A program made the position numbers and the translations under genes. A stretch of DNA of 64,000 nucleotides from a virus: IMG/VR virus record IMGVR_UViG_3300031772_000001, positions 64,001 through 128,000 of that record; one strand, written 5' to 3'. Below, piece by piece: positions 8,902 through 18,302 of the stretch (within the stretch, counting starts at the first letter, position 1; every line of letters begins with the position of its first letter). Under the pieces are notes generated by a model, which did not search any database, was not told the DNA's origin, and saw only the letters and a program-made list of their open reading frames with translations.

Positions 8902-10159
8902 GTAGACCTTCCTTGTGTGAGTCAAATGACGTTTGGCATAGAGGGCACACCCCCACATCCTTCTTATACGATTCAAGATCGGAAATAGACAACCTCAAAA
9001 CCTTTTCATCTTTCACAACAGAATCACCAACACCCAACAAGGACAGTGTTAAATTACTTAGGTTAATCTCCTCTCCCAACAAAAAGACATACTTCTCAAC
9101 CAATCCCTTATCCGGTACGTTTGCCTTATGTAGAATATCAACACAATTGCCTTGCTCATCAAAACACGCCGCGAGCTGCATATCTGTGTTGTAAAGACCT
9201 ACTGCTATCTCCCGAAGTTTTTCTTCTTTATCAAGACTACTCCTATTTGGAATCTGTATAGAACTAACTATCTTCTCCCTCCCACTCACGGCAACATCAA
9301 CACCACACAACTCAGAATCAATTTTTGAAATTTCGGACTCAACACCAACCAACTTCTGACACTTTGAAACCTGTGATGGTACGTTTGAAAATGCTATCAA
9401 CGGAGTAACTACTTCATTATCCAAAAAAGATATTGACGTTGAAACCTGCTCCAACTGAGGAACAACAACATTATAACTCTGTTGAATCCCCAATAACCTC
9501 TCATAACGAACTTTCCACTTCCGTAAATTTACAAAATCATCTTGAATAGTAGAAATCTGTGCTAACACACCCTCACGCTGCTTCAACTGGATAAGAGAAT
9601 TTTGGTACGCTTGTATCTGACCTTCCAAGGAGACAAGATCAACTCGTATCGCCTTCGAGTCAACCGTCATCTGTTTGAGAACAGGTGTAAGTTTCTTGTC
9701 CTGCATCAACTGAGAAACAAAGTCGAAAATATACGAAGGAGCACGAAACACAAGAAAAGGCTCTTCCATCTGTCTCCAAATGAAAAGCCGTTCTTTATTA
9801 TCACGAATCACTATGTCCTTAATACCCGACTTCTCTAACTCATCCGGCGCGGTCTTGCCTGTCTTCTTGTACTCCACACCATCAATCACATATTCCGACC
9901 CGCCCTTCCTCCCCTTTGTCCATGTAAGATCCAAATCTTTTCTCTCATCATCCGCTGGAAACTGCATAGACACTTCACACTGGTCCATATCATAATTGAT
10001 AAAGTCACTGCCCTGATTAGAACATAAAGCAGACTCCACTGCACGAGTCAGTGCTGACTTACCGTGATTGGTAGAACCAACAATCATGGTAATACCATCC
10101 ACAGCAAGAGCAGCTTCTTTTATGATCTGAAAACCTTTGACACTTATTGCTATCATCAC
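8882..10159 (-). CDS. Rad50/SbcC ABC-ATPase N-terminal half with Zn hook
   Basis: VKGFQ, Walker A GSTNHGKS, Q-loop RQMEEPF, coiled coil, terminal CPLC hook. Confidence 0.85.
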   Translation of the reverse strand: MMIAISVKGFQIIKEAALAVDGITMIVGSTNHGKSALTRAVESALCSNQGSDFINYDMDQCEVSMQFPADDERKDLDLTWTKGRKGGSEYVIDGVEYKKTGKTAPDELEKSGIKDIVIRDNKERLFIWRQMEEPFLVFRAPSYIFDFVSQLMQDKKLTPVLKQMTVDSKAIRVDLVSLEGQIQAYQNSLIQLKQREGVLAQISTIQDDFVNLRKWKVRYERLLGIQQSYNVVVPQLEQVSTSISFLDNEVVTPLIAFSNVPSQVSKCQKLVGVESEISKIDSELCGVDVAVSGREKIVSSIQIPNRSSLDKEEKLREIAVGLYNTDMQLAACFDEQGNCVDILHKANVPDKGLVEKYVFLLGEEINLSNLTLSLLGVGDSVVKDEKVLRLSISDLESYKKDVGVCPLCQTSFDSHKEGLHGKPVS

Positions 10160-10698
10160 TATCTCCTGCTAAAGCTACGATCATCCCGGTGCTCATATCT
10201 ATCATCACGCCGACCATCACGATCATCACGCCGGTCATCCCTATCACCCCACTCACCCCTGCCTAAATCCCTACGAAATTCCCGGTCATCATTCCGAACA
10301 GGATAGTCCCCAAAACTATTCCCCCGCTTATTTACAAAAATAAGATAGGCTTTGCAGATAGCCAAAGTAGGGTCTTTTGATCTCGCCAAATGCTTATAAT
10401 AAATACCCCTCTTCTGGTAATCTTTTGGAAAAATCCGAAGCTCACACCAAAAATCATCATCTTCGTGACTCTTTGACAAACGAAACCAAGAAAAACCAGC
10501 TACTATGTACTCAAAACACAGCCCTATGTTAGACGAAAATGGTCTAGGTTCATCCCCCTCTTTTCTTTCATCAAAAGAATCCTCTATCATCTGGTCCATC
10601 TTCTCACCAGCCTCAAGATCATATATATCTTCACGAGTCAAATAACCCCCTCTAACATCTTCTCTATCATATCCTCGATCAAAAATCTTCTCACTCAT
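10159..10698 (-). CDS. hypothetical protein with RD-rich tail
   Basis: C-terminal DRDDRRDDRDGRRDDR repeats. Confidence 0.65.
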   Translation of the reverse strand: MSEKIFDRGYDREDVRGGYLTREDIYDLEAGEKMDQMIEDSFDERKEGDEPRPFSSNIGLCFEYIVAGFSWFRLSKSHEDDDFWCELRIFPKDYQKRGIYYKHLARSKDPTLAICKAYLIFVNKRGNSFGDYPVRNDDREFRRDLGRGEWGDRDDRRDDRDGRRDDRYEHRDDRSFSRR

Positions 10699-10729
10699 AG
10701 ATGCTGCTCCTTACTATAGTGTTGTAAAC

Positions 10730-11941
10730 TCAAAGTCTTTCTTTTGATTTCAAAAAATCTATCACCGCAATCTCGTTCTTAATAACCCACTCCTCTACCT
10801 GCCTCCGTCCTTGACAAGTCTCTTTCATACCATTCATGTCAATGTAGTAGTATGACTTATTCTGAGTCATCGCCCCCTCCTCCTGAAGAAGGAAGGTAAA
10901 GGCCCGAATATTAGAAATCCCCCTCCCAAAGAAAACTGATATGATTGTCTTCACAAAAGGCATAGTTACTTTGTTCTTTGGACACTCCGCAGTAATATCT
11001 GCTCCTATCTTCCTCTTTACACCACCGGACTCCTCTTCAATCCAACTTGCAAGAGACATATCCACCCGAATATCAGGGTAAAACTCTAAGGCAACACCTC
11101 CCGCTGCCTTAACAACAGAAGGACCAAAGAAGTTTATCTTGGTTCTTTTTTGATTCACAATGACAAGACTCGATCCGGCACGAGCAACAGCATCCTTATA
11201 CTTCATCAAAAATGAACTTGACATCCTTGAATGCCATCCCGGTTCAACCTCTTCAATTTTTAACTCCCCTGAAACAATTTTCTCAGAAAGTAAAGATGTA
11301 ACAGAATCCACCACAATAATATCTGGTATTCTATTACAATTCAAATACGAATCCATGATGTCTTCTGTATGTGCGAACGTACCAACCTTCAAAACAGTGA
11401 ATGACTTCTTATAATAAGGTTCCAACCCCACACCAAAAATCAAACTTTCATTAAGTGCCTTCTCAGCGTCCAAGTACAGAGCAACCCCGCCCATCTGACA
11501 AACCTTCAGACACCAACAAAGGACACAAGTAGTCTTTCCCAGACCTGAATCCGAGTGAAGCTCTATGATCCTACCTCTTGGTATCCCACCACCAAAAATA
11601 TAATTAAACCCAATTGATCCACTATCAATCATCTTGACTTCACTACTAATTGTAAATCTCTCTGCAAAATTCTGGCATAAAGTGTCGTAGTCTTTTGAAG
11701 ATTCCTTTGACGATCCCCTCTTACCAGACTTCCCTTTAATAGTAACAACAGGTGTAGCTGTTTCCATTTGCACCACAGAAGCAGTAGGGGCAGAAACTCC
11801 CGCACTCTCTGTCTGACTCATCAAAGGCTGAGGAGCTTCTGACTTCTCAATTACGGTTTCTGGAGTAATCAAAGGCTTCTCTCTTGGAGGAATACTTGCT
11901 ACAGCAGGAACACCATTCTTCTTTTTATCAAGATCAAGCAT
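10730..11941 (-). CDS. recA: RecA/UvsX recombinase
   Basis: GGGIPRGRIIE, SGLGKTT, DAEKAL, IVVDSV, NQKR, GGVALEFY, KNKV. Confidence 0.93.
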   Translation of the reverse strand: MLDLDKKKNGVPAVASIPPREKPLITPETVIEKSEAPQPLMSQTESAGVSAPTASVVQMETATPVVTIKGKSGKRGSSKESSKDYDTLCQNFAERFTISSEVKMIDSGSIGFNYIFGGGIPRGRIIELHSDSGLGKTTCVLCWCLKVCQMGGVALYLDAEKALNESLIFGVGLEPYYKKSFTVLKVGTFAHTEDIMDSYLNCNRIPDIIVVDSVTSLLSEKIVSGELKIEEVEPGWHSRMSSSFLMKYKDAVARAGSSLVIVNQKRTKINFFGPSVVKAAGGVALEFYPDIRVDMSLASWIEEESGGVKRKIGADITAECPKNKVTMPFVKTIISVFFGRGISNIRAFTFLLQEEGAMTQNKSYYYIDMNGMKETCQGRRQVEEWVIKNEIAVIDFLKSKERL

Positions 11942-11959
11942 CGAAAACTCCTCCTGTTA

Positions 11960-12601
11960 TCAGTTATCAATATACCTAACCATCAACCCGCGCATCTTCA
12001 AAGACTCACTATCCTTTAATACGGAAAACTTGTCCTCCCACTTCACAGAAAGATCCAACGGTATATTCAGCTTACGAACAAAATTATGGAAGGCCCACAA
12101 CACCAACAACAACGCATCCGCACAGTCACTCACAATCTTAATACTTCCATCTTTCGTAAAAGTTGAAAATTTCAACTTGTTCTCTTGTGACAGATAAACG
12201 ACATAATTCTTTATCTCGGTCTTTGTTGACTTCCTACCCATCAACATGTGAATCTTATTTGGATGAGCTAAAAGCAAGTCACAATTTCTAAGACCTTGAA
12301 TGATTATCATATAATCAAGAGCATACAACAATGGAGAACTTAGATTATACGGGACAGGATATTCCGAAACAAACAAAACCTCATGTGTTGAAAGCTGCTT
12401 ACTCTTCAAAAACTCCTCAATTGTCTTAGTCAGTAGGTCATAGATGTCACCCACCCTACCAAGCCATGCGTGAAATCGAAAATCCTTCTCCCCTTCTGAT
12501 TTGAATAGAAAGGTAGTAACTTCCAAAGTATCCACACTTAAAAAGGATAGACCCAACTTTGCGGGAGCCGGGTCTATCCCACACACATAGCGGTACTTCA
12601 C
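11960..12601 (-). CDS. RuvC-like Holliday junction resolvase
   Basis: GIDP, SEYP, KTEIK and DCADAL catalytic pattern. Confidence 0.75.
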   Translation of the reverse strand: MKYRYVCGIDPAPAKLGLSFLSVDTLEVTTFLFKSEGEKDFRFHAWLGRVGDIYDLLTKTIEEFLKSKQLSTHEVLFVSEYPVPYNLSSPLLYALDYMIIIQGLRNCDLLLAHPNKIHMLMGRKSTKTEIKNYVVYLSQENKLKFSTFTKDGSIKIVSDCADALLLVLWAFHNFVRKLNIPLDLSVKWEDKFSVLKDSESLKMRGLMVRYIDN

Positions 12602-12649
12602 AAAATTACCTCGATTTGTTTCAATCCACGTACTTTCTTAAAAGTACGA

Positions 12650-13828
12650 CTACCTCAGAAACGATTTTAGGTTCGTTCCCTGTGAAGGAATAGGCTGAGA
12701 AGCATCCGATTGTCCTGAAATAACTTTCATAAAAGATGCTTCGTTGAGAACACGAGCAATGACCGTAGGAAGCAACGCTCTCAAAGCAGGAATACCAGCT
12801 TGAGGATTGCCGTTCCACTTCTGCATTACCTGTTCTCCCAACTGAGGATACTGTCTCCACGTAGCGGGTCCAACATTCTGCATGTGCAAAGCCTGAAACT
12901 TCTGATCAGAACACGTCACAATGAAGTCCAATTGGTCAATAGGGATATTTGCATCAAGGGACTTCAGTGCCTTATACTCATCATCGGCTACTGACAAATA
13001 CATCACGTCAAACTTCGGTGAAATAATCTGCCCGGTCATGTCAGTATCATAAAGAACGATAGGGACGATATACCGGACAGACGGAATCCCGATCTGCTCA
13101 CAACACTTCCCCTGGAAACAGTAAAAATATCCAAAATCATCTAGCCAGTGAGTACGCACTACCCCGATATTACGATCAATCACAGATAGCCGATAGGTAG
13201 GCCCAACTGATGCCTTGAAACGATTGATTGGGTATCTCTGCACCTCAATTCCAAAACTTCCCCACATAAACCCCGACTGAGGAGGTGCTGAGACATTTGA
13301 CGCTGTAGGGTTTACCATCATCGGGGGCTGAAATTGCTGAGTAGGGTACTGCATCGGCTGAGATGCCTGTGGTGCAAACATCGTCTGCATTGCCTGAGAT
13401 ACCTGTGGTGCCTGCTGTGGAGCTTGCTGAGGCCCAAACATCTGCTGCATCGGTTGAGGTGCCTGCTGTGGTGCAAACATTGGCTGTGGTGCCTGCTGAG
13501 ATGCCTGCTGAGATGCAAAAATAGCAGGGTTGACAGGAGCAACTTGTATAGGTTGCATACCGGGAGTAGGAACTTCTGCTGATGCTGTATTAAGTGCAGT
13601 TGAAACACGTTTTGCTACATCAGGAGCTTCCACTACTGTCTCTGGAGTCAATATCTGTGATTGACTTATAGGGGCAATAGGGGCAGCAATAGGGGCAGCA
13701 ATAGGGGCAGCAACCGGAACAACTTGAGCGACTTGAGTAGGTTGAGCAGCAGGAACCTTACCACCCAAAATATCATCAAGACTCATCGTACCCATCCCCG
13801 GCTTACCATCCGACATAGAAACCTCCAC
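12650..13828 (-). CDS. putative ssDNA-binding protein with long P/Q-rich N-terminus
   Basis: C-terminal domain with HW...YCFQGKCC...RYIVPIV (gp32-like Zn/OB pattern); located upstream of RuvC-RecA. Confidence 0.5.
   Translation of the reverse strand: MEVSMSDGKPGMGTMSLDDILGGKVPAAQPTQVAQVVPVAAPIAAPIAAPIAPISQSQILTPETVVEAPDVAKRVSTALNTASAEVPTPGMQPIQVAPVNPAIFASQQASQQAPQPMFAPQQAPQPMQQMFGPQQAPQQAPQVSQAMQTMFAPQASQPMQYPTQQFQPPMMVNPTASNVSAPPQSGFMWGSFGIEVQRYPINRFKASVGPTYRLSVIDRNIGVVRTHWLDDFGYFYCFQGKCCEQIGIPSVRYIVPIVLYDTDMTGQIISPKFDVMYLSVADDEYKALKSLDANIPIDQLDFIVTCSDQKFQALHMQNVGPATWRQYPQLGEQVMQKWNGNPQAGIPALRALLPTVIARVLNEASFMKVISGQSDASQPIPSQGTNLKSFLR
13330..13712 (-). repeat. coding low-complexity repeats (PQQAPQPM, APIA)
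   Basis: ggggcagcaata-type 12-mers and tgcctgctg units on + strand. Confidence 0.8.
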
Positions 13829-13870
13829 CTTTTAAGATAATATGAATTACATGATCGGCACAGTATATTA

Positions 13871-13890
13871 TACGTTATCAAAGGCAAAAA
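13871..13890 (-). promoter_or_regulatory. candidate phage-specific promoter TTTTT-N11-CGTA(TAAT)
   Basis: one of six intergenic copies; upstream of the SSB-RuvC-RecA operon. Confidence 0.55.
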
Positions 13891-13897
13891 TCATCAG

Positions 13898-13929
13898 AAA
13901 AAAGCCCGTAGGGATCACTACGGGCTTTT
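13898..13929. terminator. bidirectional intrinsic terminator
   Basis: AAAAAA-GCCCGTAG-ggatca-CTACGGGC-TTTT. Confidence 0.85.
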
Positions 13930-13955
13930 ATTGTAAGTGCGAACAGAAGAAAATG

Positions 13956-14555
13956 TTATTCCTCTGAAGGCTTCTGAATCACACCCTCTTCAATGAGCTT
14001 TGCAACATCGACGTTATTGATCTTTTGAATAAGCCACTTAAAATACCGAAATGACGGCTTCCAACGGAAATGCGGAATCTCACCAAGAGCCGCGTATTTG
14101 CTCACAGGCTTTGTGCTGATTCTACGCGGATGCCCCATCTTAATATAGAAACGCCCAATACCTGTCAAGGAAATCCTTCTTTTCTCACATGTAGCCGTGT
14201 GCATCACGATTGTATCAAAGGCTTCAGCAAAAAGATCATACGCCAACCCCTGGGAAAGTGGGGGCTGTCCCTCAGTAATAAGGACTTTCGACAAGTTGAC
14301 CTGAAGAAGTGCCTTAAACTTCTCAATCTCTTTGATATTAAGTACCAAAACCCTCTTTTTACGTCCACGTTTTTTTGGCAGTACAACAGGAGCATCAGCC
14401 GGGGCAACCACCTCTACCGGGGCAACCGGGGCAACCGGGGCAACCACCTCTACCGGGGCAACCGGGGCAACAGGGGCAACCGGGGCAACAGGGGCAACAG
14501 GGGCAACAGGGGCAATAGGGGCAACAACCGCAGCCGCCAAAGTCGAATCACTCAT
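13956..14555 (-). CDS. HU/IHF-like DNA-binding protein with (APV)n N-terminal tail
   Basis: start re-called at MSDSTL (AGGAGG RBS); [13 protein letters not shown]...PHFRWKPS resembles HU motifs. Confidence 0.65.
   Translation of the reverse strand: MSDSTLAAAVVAPIAPVAPVAPVAPVAPVAPVAPVEVVAPVAPVAPVEVVAPADAPVVLPKKRGRKKRVLVLNIKEIEKFKALLQVNLSKVLITEGQPPLSQGLAYDLFAEAFDTIVMHTATCEKRRISLTGIGRFYIKMGHPRRISTKPVSKYAALGEIPHFRWKPSFRYFKWLIQKINNVDVAKLIEEGVIQKPSEE
14400..14527 (-). repeat. 9-bp tandem repeat GGGGCAACM encoding (APV)n
   Basis: about 11 visible units. Confidence 0.9.
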
Positions 14556-14621
14556 CTCAAACCTCCTAAAAAGTGAAGAGAAAACAGATAGGGCTGACCA
14601 TCTTACCAATACTACTAATAC

Positions 14622-14642
14622 TACGCTAAACACACAGAAAAA
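14622..14642 (-). promoter_or_regulatory. candidate phage-specific promoter TTTTT-N12-CGTA(GTAT)
   Basis: motif copy upstream of the HU-like gene. Confidence 0.5.
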
Positions 14643-14660
14643 CAAAAGTAAACTTCTTAC

Positions 14661-14933
14661 CTATCCAACATCCTTTCGCACGTCCCTCCTCTCAACTGCC
14701 TCACTTACTTTAAGCACACGACCACTCAACAACTTCCCATTCATGTCAACTATAGCTTTCTTAACAAGGTCTTCACTTTCCATCTCAACAAAAGCATAAC
14801 CTTTAGATTTTCCTGTTTCTTTGTCCTTTACAATAAAAACCCCAATTACCTTCCCGCTAGTAGAAAAAGCCTCTACCAACTCTTCATCTGTTAGCTTAAA
14901 TGGAATATTACCTACATAAAGTCTCTTAGACAC
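14661..14933 (-). CDS. RRM (RNP-1) RNA-binding protein
   Basis: RNP2 LYVGNI, RNP1 [17 protein letters not shown]. Confidence 0.93.
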   Translation of the reverse strand: MSKRLYVGNIPFKLTDEELVEAFSTSGKVIGVFIVKDKETGKSKGYAFVEMESEDLVKKAIVDMNGKLLSGRVLKVSEAVERRDVRKDVG

Positions 14934-14946
14934 AGATACTCCTTGG

Positions 14947-15465
14947 CTAATTGTCTATAAACTGAGCAGGTAGACGATCTGACTTGGGAGCGTCATACTT
15001 CAAAGTCTTCAAGGCCCAATGACACTTATCAAGCGTCTCCACCTTACTTCTCAGTATATTCTCTACATCCACTAGCCGAGATATGTAGAAGTTCACATCT
15101 TTTGCAAAACTCTTTACTGAACCTTCCCCACACTCCCGCTCCGTATTATGTAAGAAAACTCGCACTTGTATCTTCTTAGTTGCCAGTTCGTGCATCGCAT
15201 TAGCAACCTTTATCAATGCAGACTCATACTGTGCTACCAACTTAGCAACAAAACTCCAATTAAGAATACCGTTATTCACAATCTCATTTATTGTAGGAAA
15301 ATCATCAACTTTCACACAAGCTATACCAATAGGCCCGTTTTGTGGGTTATCATTCACAAGACCCATAGTGTACTCAGAAATCAACTTCAATAATCTTTCC
15401 TGAGAAGATAAATTGTAAGCTGAATTAGGATTAGTAACTGGAGACGGGGGCTGTGAAATATTCAT
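14947..15465 (-). CDS. hypothetical helical protein
   Basis: 172-aa ORF with RBS. Confidence 0.6.
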   Translation of the reverse strand: MNISQPPSPVTNPNSAYNLSSQERLLKLISEYTMGLVNDNPQNGPIGIACVKVDDFPTINEIVNNGILNWSFVAKLVAQYESALIKVANAMHELATKKIQVRVFLHNTERECGEGSVKSFAKDVNFYISRLVDVENILRSKVETLDKCHWALKTLKYDAPKSDRLPAQFIDN

Positions 15466-15477
15466 ATAAAACCTTTC

Positions 15478-16179
15478 TTAAACAAGCCACTTCAGTCTTC
15501 CTTCTCTGTCTGCCTCTATAATCTCTTTTGCAGCCGTAAGGTAAGCAAACACTCCCCCTGCAAGCTCATTACCTCGCTGTGTAGCTGCTGGATGTGGTAC
15601 AGGGAAGACAAGAAGAGGTTTACCATAAAAACGGGCTTGATACACGTCACCAAATATCCGCATGATGGACATAAACTCGTAACCCATCGTCTGCTTCAAA
15701 GCATCCCCTCCAAGAAGGAAGAGATACTTCATATTTTTCAATCTAAGAAACTCTAAATATCGCCAGACAGAACACCATAGAAGTTCTACATCCGTAGGTG
15801 AACGATCCTTTTCTGTGTGACAAAGCAAGGCATTTGTTAGGTATATTTTTGATCTATCAACACCAAGAGTCTCAAGGTATCTCATAAACCATGCACCAGT
15901 AGTCGAAGACGGATGAAATGGTTTACAGTAAATATCCTCAGTAGATCCTGGATTTCTACCAACAAACACTGTATCTGCTGTAACATCCCCCTCAGACAAC
16001 ACAACATTTTTTGATTCTTTACGTGCATCACAAGACACACAATTTGACATCATAAATCGAAACTTCTGATAATCCATATCTGAAAACCGAGCAATAACAG
16101 ACTTATAATACCCTTGGTACTCCTGTCTCTCATACACCAGTTTATTAGTGTAAGGCTTGATGAAAACGCCGGAAGACAC
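15478..16179 (-). CDS. uracil-DNA glycosylase family 4-like
   Basis: CVSC, VGRNPG..ED...PF, TNALLC, LLGGDA, PHPA. Confidence 0.85.
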   Translation of the reverse strand: MSSGVFIKPYTNKLVYERQEYQGYYKSVIARFSDMDYQKFRFMMSNCVSCDARKESKNVVLSEGDVTADTVFVGRNPGSTEDIYCKPFHPSSTTGAWFMRYLETLGVDRSKIYLTNALLCHTEKDRSPTDVELLWCSVWRYLEFLRLKNMKYLFLLGGDALKQTMGYEFMSIMRIFGDVYQARFYGKPLLVFPVPHPAATQRGNELAGGVFAYLTAAKEIIEADREGRLKWLV

Positions 16180-16196
16180 GCATACTCCTAAGTAAA

Positions 16197-16271
16197 TTGC
16201 GGGAACTGGATTTGAACCAGTGATGCATGGTTATGAGCCATGTGTCTTAGACCGGGCTAGACGACCCCGCA
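16197..16271 (-). tRNA. tRNA-Met(CAU), CCA not encoded
   Basis: acceptor TGCGGGG/TCCCGCA, D-stem GTCT/AGAC, anticodon arm CATGG-CTCATAA-CCATG, T-arm ACTGG-TTCAAAT-CCAGT. Confidence 0.9.
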
Positions 16272-16492
16272 TTATTTTCAAGGTACTTCTTCTTGTACCA
16301 CTCCAACCATTTCTGATATACCTTACCTTTCAAGTCAACATCAATAATCCCATCAAACTTTTCTGGGTCCAATCTAAACTCAAGCTGAAAATGCCTTATG
16401 CAAAAAGTCAAGCACCCTACACGAACCATAAACCTCTCAACATTATCACAACAAACACACTCGTTATTTACAAAAACAACAACCTTAGCCAC
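16247..16492 (-). CDS. hypothetical protein (3' end overlaps the tRNA)
   Basis: 81-aa ORF. Confidence 0.5.
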   Translation of the reverse strand: MAKVVVFVNNECVCCDNVERFMVRVGCLTFCIRHFQLEFRLDPEKFDGIIDVDLKGKVYQKWLEWYKKKYLENNAGSSSPV

Positions 16493-16493
16493 A

Positions 16494-17240
16494 CTACCCC
16501 CTCAACGCCAACAAAAAATAAAGAACCCGACTATCCATCGGCACCTCATTCTTTATACGAATAACCTCACTCAAAACAACAGGAATACTTTCAGGCTTAA
16601 TTACATTCTCTAAAGAAGCCAATAATCGTAGATAATAGTCAGAAAATCTCTTGTCCTTCCTGTTATCCTTAGACTTAAACTTATATAACATTGTCAAGAC
16701 AGAGGAGAATATCTCATTAGCAGACAACCTCTTTCTAAGTAAGAAATATTCTGCTACCAACGCCTCCTTAGATTCTCGCAATGCCTCGAACAACTGGTAC
16801 ATCCGCTCTTGTTTTTCAAAAAGCTCGTGATACCACCTGCCTAAGACTATGGACATCTTGATAAAGAAAAAGAACTCCTGATCCGTGAAAATCTTCTTCT
16901 CTTTCCACTTCTGCTCCTGTCCCTCTTTCACCGGAGGACAAGCATACTTCTCAACAACCTTTGTCAACCGAAGTCTCTTTATCTCAGACACATATTTCGT
17001 AATACTATCTGAATTTTCAAACTTTCGGTCAACAATATGTGAATCATTCTTTGTTACTATCACATAATCAGTAAATCTATGCTGCATCTGCCTGTCAATC
17101 TCAACTATCTTATCCTTCGGCTGAACAAAATAAATAACTTTCCCACTCGCGCCACTCCACTCAACATCAGCTACCGTCTTGTACCCTGGGAACAAGAAGT
17201 ATAAAAGTTGAATAGTATCTTGATTAAAGTAGACCCTCAC
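16494..17240 (-). CDS. hypothetical protein, possibly clamp-loader delta-like
   Basis: helical C-terminus; context next to a loader-like gene. Confidence 0.4.
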   Translation of the reverse strand: MRVYFNQDTIQLLYFLFPGYKTVADVEWSGASGKVIYFVQPKDKIVEIDRQMQHRFTDYVIVTKNDSHIVDRKFENSDSITKYVSEIKRLRLTKVVEKYACPPVKEGQEQKWKEKKIFTDQEFFFFIKMSIVLGRWYHELFEKQERMYQLFEALRESKEALVAEYFLLRKRLSANEIFSSVLTMLYKFKSKDNRKDKRFSDYYLRLLASLENVIKPESIPVVLSEVIRIKNEVPMDSRVLYFLLALRG

Positions 17241-17242
17241 AG

Positions 17243-17410
17243 TTACTCCATCCCTACTTCTTGATCCCCTATGTCCTCATAACAAACATCATCCTCGTAC
17301 TCATCTCCATTACTCTCCTCTTCCTCCTCCAAGTCATAAACAAACGCTTCCTCTTGCCAATAAAACTCCCGAAACTCGTGTGAAGATAGATCAGTAGTTT
17401 GTATTGTCAT
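17243..17410 (-). CDS. very acidic small protein (55 aa, not in track)
   Basis: MTIQTTDLSSHEFREFYWQEEAFVYDLEEEEESNGDEYEDD...; ATGA overlap with upstream stop. Confidence 0.55.
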   Translation of the reverse strand: MTIQTTDLSSHEFREFYWQEEAFVYDLEEEEESNGDEYEDDVCYEDIGDQEVGME

Positions 17411-17886
17411 AAGTATATCTGCCTCATTTTATCTTTTGTTGGTAAATTAGTCCGGTCTATCGCTACATGTAAAGGGTAGTACGAAACTGCTAACCTTACC
17501 CAATCCGAATCTGTAACATTACCCTCCACAAAATCTTCACACACCAATTTGAAATTGTCTGCTTCTCTTTTCAAAATCACTGGTGTCTTCTTAACCGTCT
17601 TAAACCTTGACAGAAAGATAGGTGAGAAGTTATCCTCAGATGCAAGGCATATCAACGGGATCTTTGTTTCCTCTATAAATTTCAACAATTTTGAATAATA
17701 CCTTTGCAAAACTGACAAGTTAGAAAGAGCTACCGGACTGTTCAAAGAAATGCATGAATATTGCCTAATGAAATCAGATAAGTCCTCTTGTCCCGTAACT
17801 ATATTAATGTCAATCCCACAAGCAGCCAAGTTTTCGTGTAGGACCGCAAGATGGGATGATATTACTAGTGCAGGATACTCACTCAC
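17407..17886 (-). CDS. clamp-loader-like (degenerate AAA+) small subunit
   Basis: SKLLKFIEETKIPLICLASEDNFSPIFLSRF resembles NALLKTLEE...TI.SRC. Confidence 0.55.
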   Translation of the reverse strand: MSEYPALVISSHLAVLHENLAACGIDINIVTGQEDLSDFIRQYSCISLNSPVALSNLSVLQRYYSKLLKFIEETKIPLICLASEDNFSPIFLSRFKTVKKTPVILKREADNFKLVCEDFVEGNVTDSDWVRLAVSYYPLHVAIDRTNLPTKDKMRQIYL

Positions 17887-18302
17887 TGTAGTTCCTTACC
17901 GCGACGGTTTTTCAAGGCTATCTGACACAGCAGGTCAGCCCTCTCGTTATAAAATGAACCCGCGTGTCCCTTCTGCCACACCCACACAACCTTTTTATGC
18001 GGAATAACCAGCCTGTCAATTTCTTCCCAAAGATCAATATTTGCCCCTCTATTCCAACCCTCATTCATTGTATTAACAAGGTACTGACTATCGGAAAATA
18101 TCGTCACTACAGCAACACCGCGCTTCAACGCGCTCAATCCCTGAATTGCCGCCATCAACTCCATTCGATTATTTGTCGTGTGTTCTGACACATACCCTGA
18201 AATGTCTTTAGTCTTACCTTTACAAACAAAAACCGCAGCCCAAGACCCTGGCCCCGGATTACCTAGACACGCCCCATCGACGTAAATCTCCACATACTCC
18301 AC
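17883..18302 (-). CDS. rnhA: ribonuclease HI
   Basis: DGACLGNPGPG, TNNRMEL, SDSQY, KGHAG..NERAD. Confidence 0.95.
   Translation of the reverse strand: MEYVEIYVDGACLGNPGPGSWAAVFVCKGKTKDISGYVSEHTTNNRMELMAAIQGLSALKRGVAVVTIFSDSQYLVNTMNEGWNRGANIDLWEEIDRLVIPHKKVVWVWQKGHAGSFYNERADLLCQIALKNRRGKELQ

Noticed and set aside
14332-14799. Collagen-like (GAT)n ORF
   Set aside because: Reverse-strand reading of the APV repeat in the HU-like gene.
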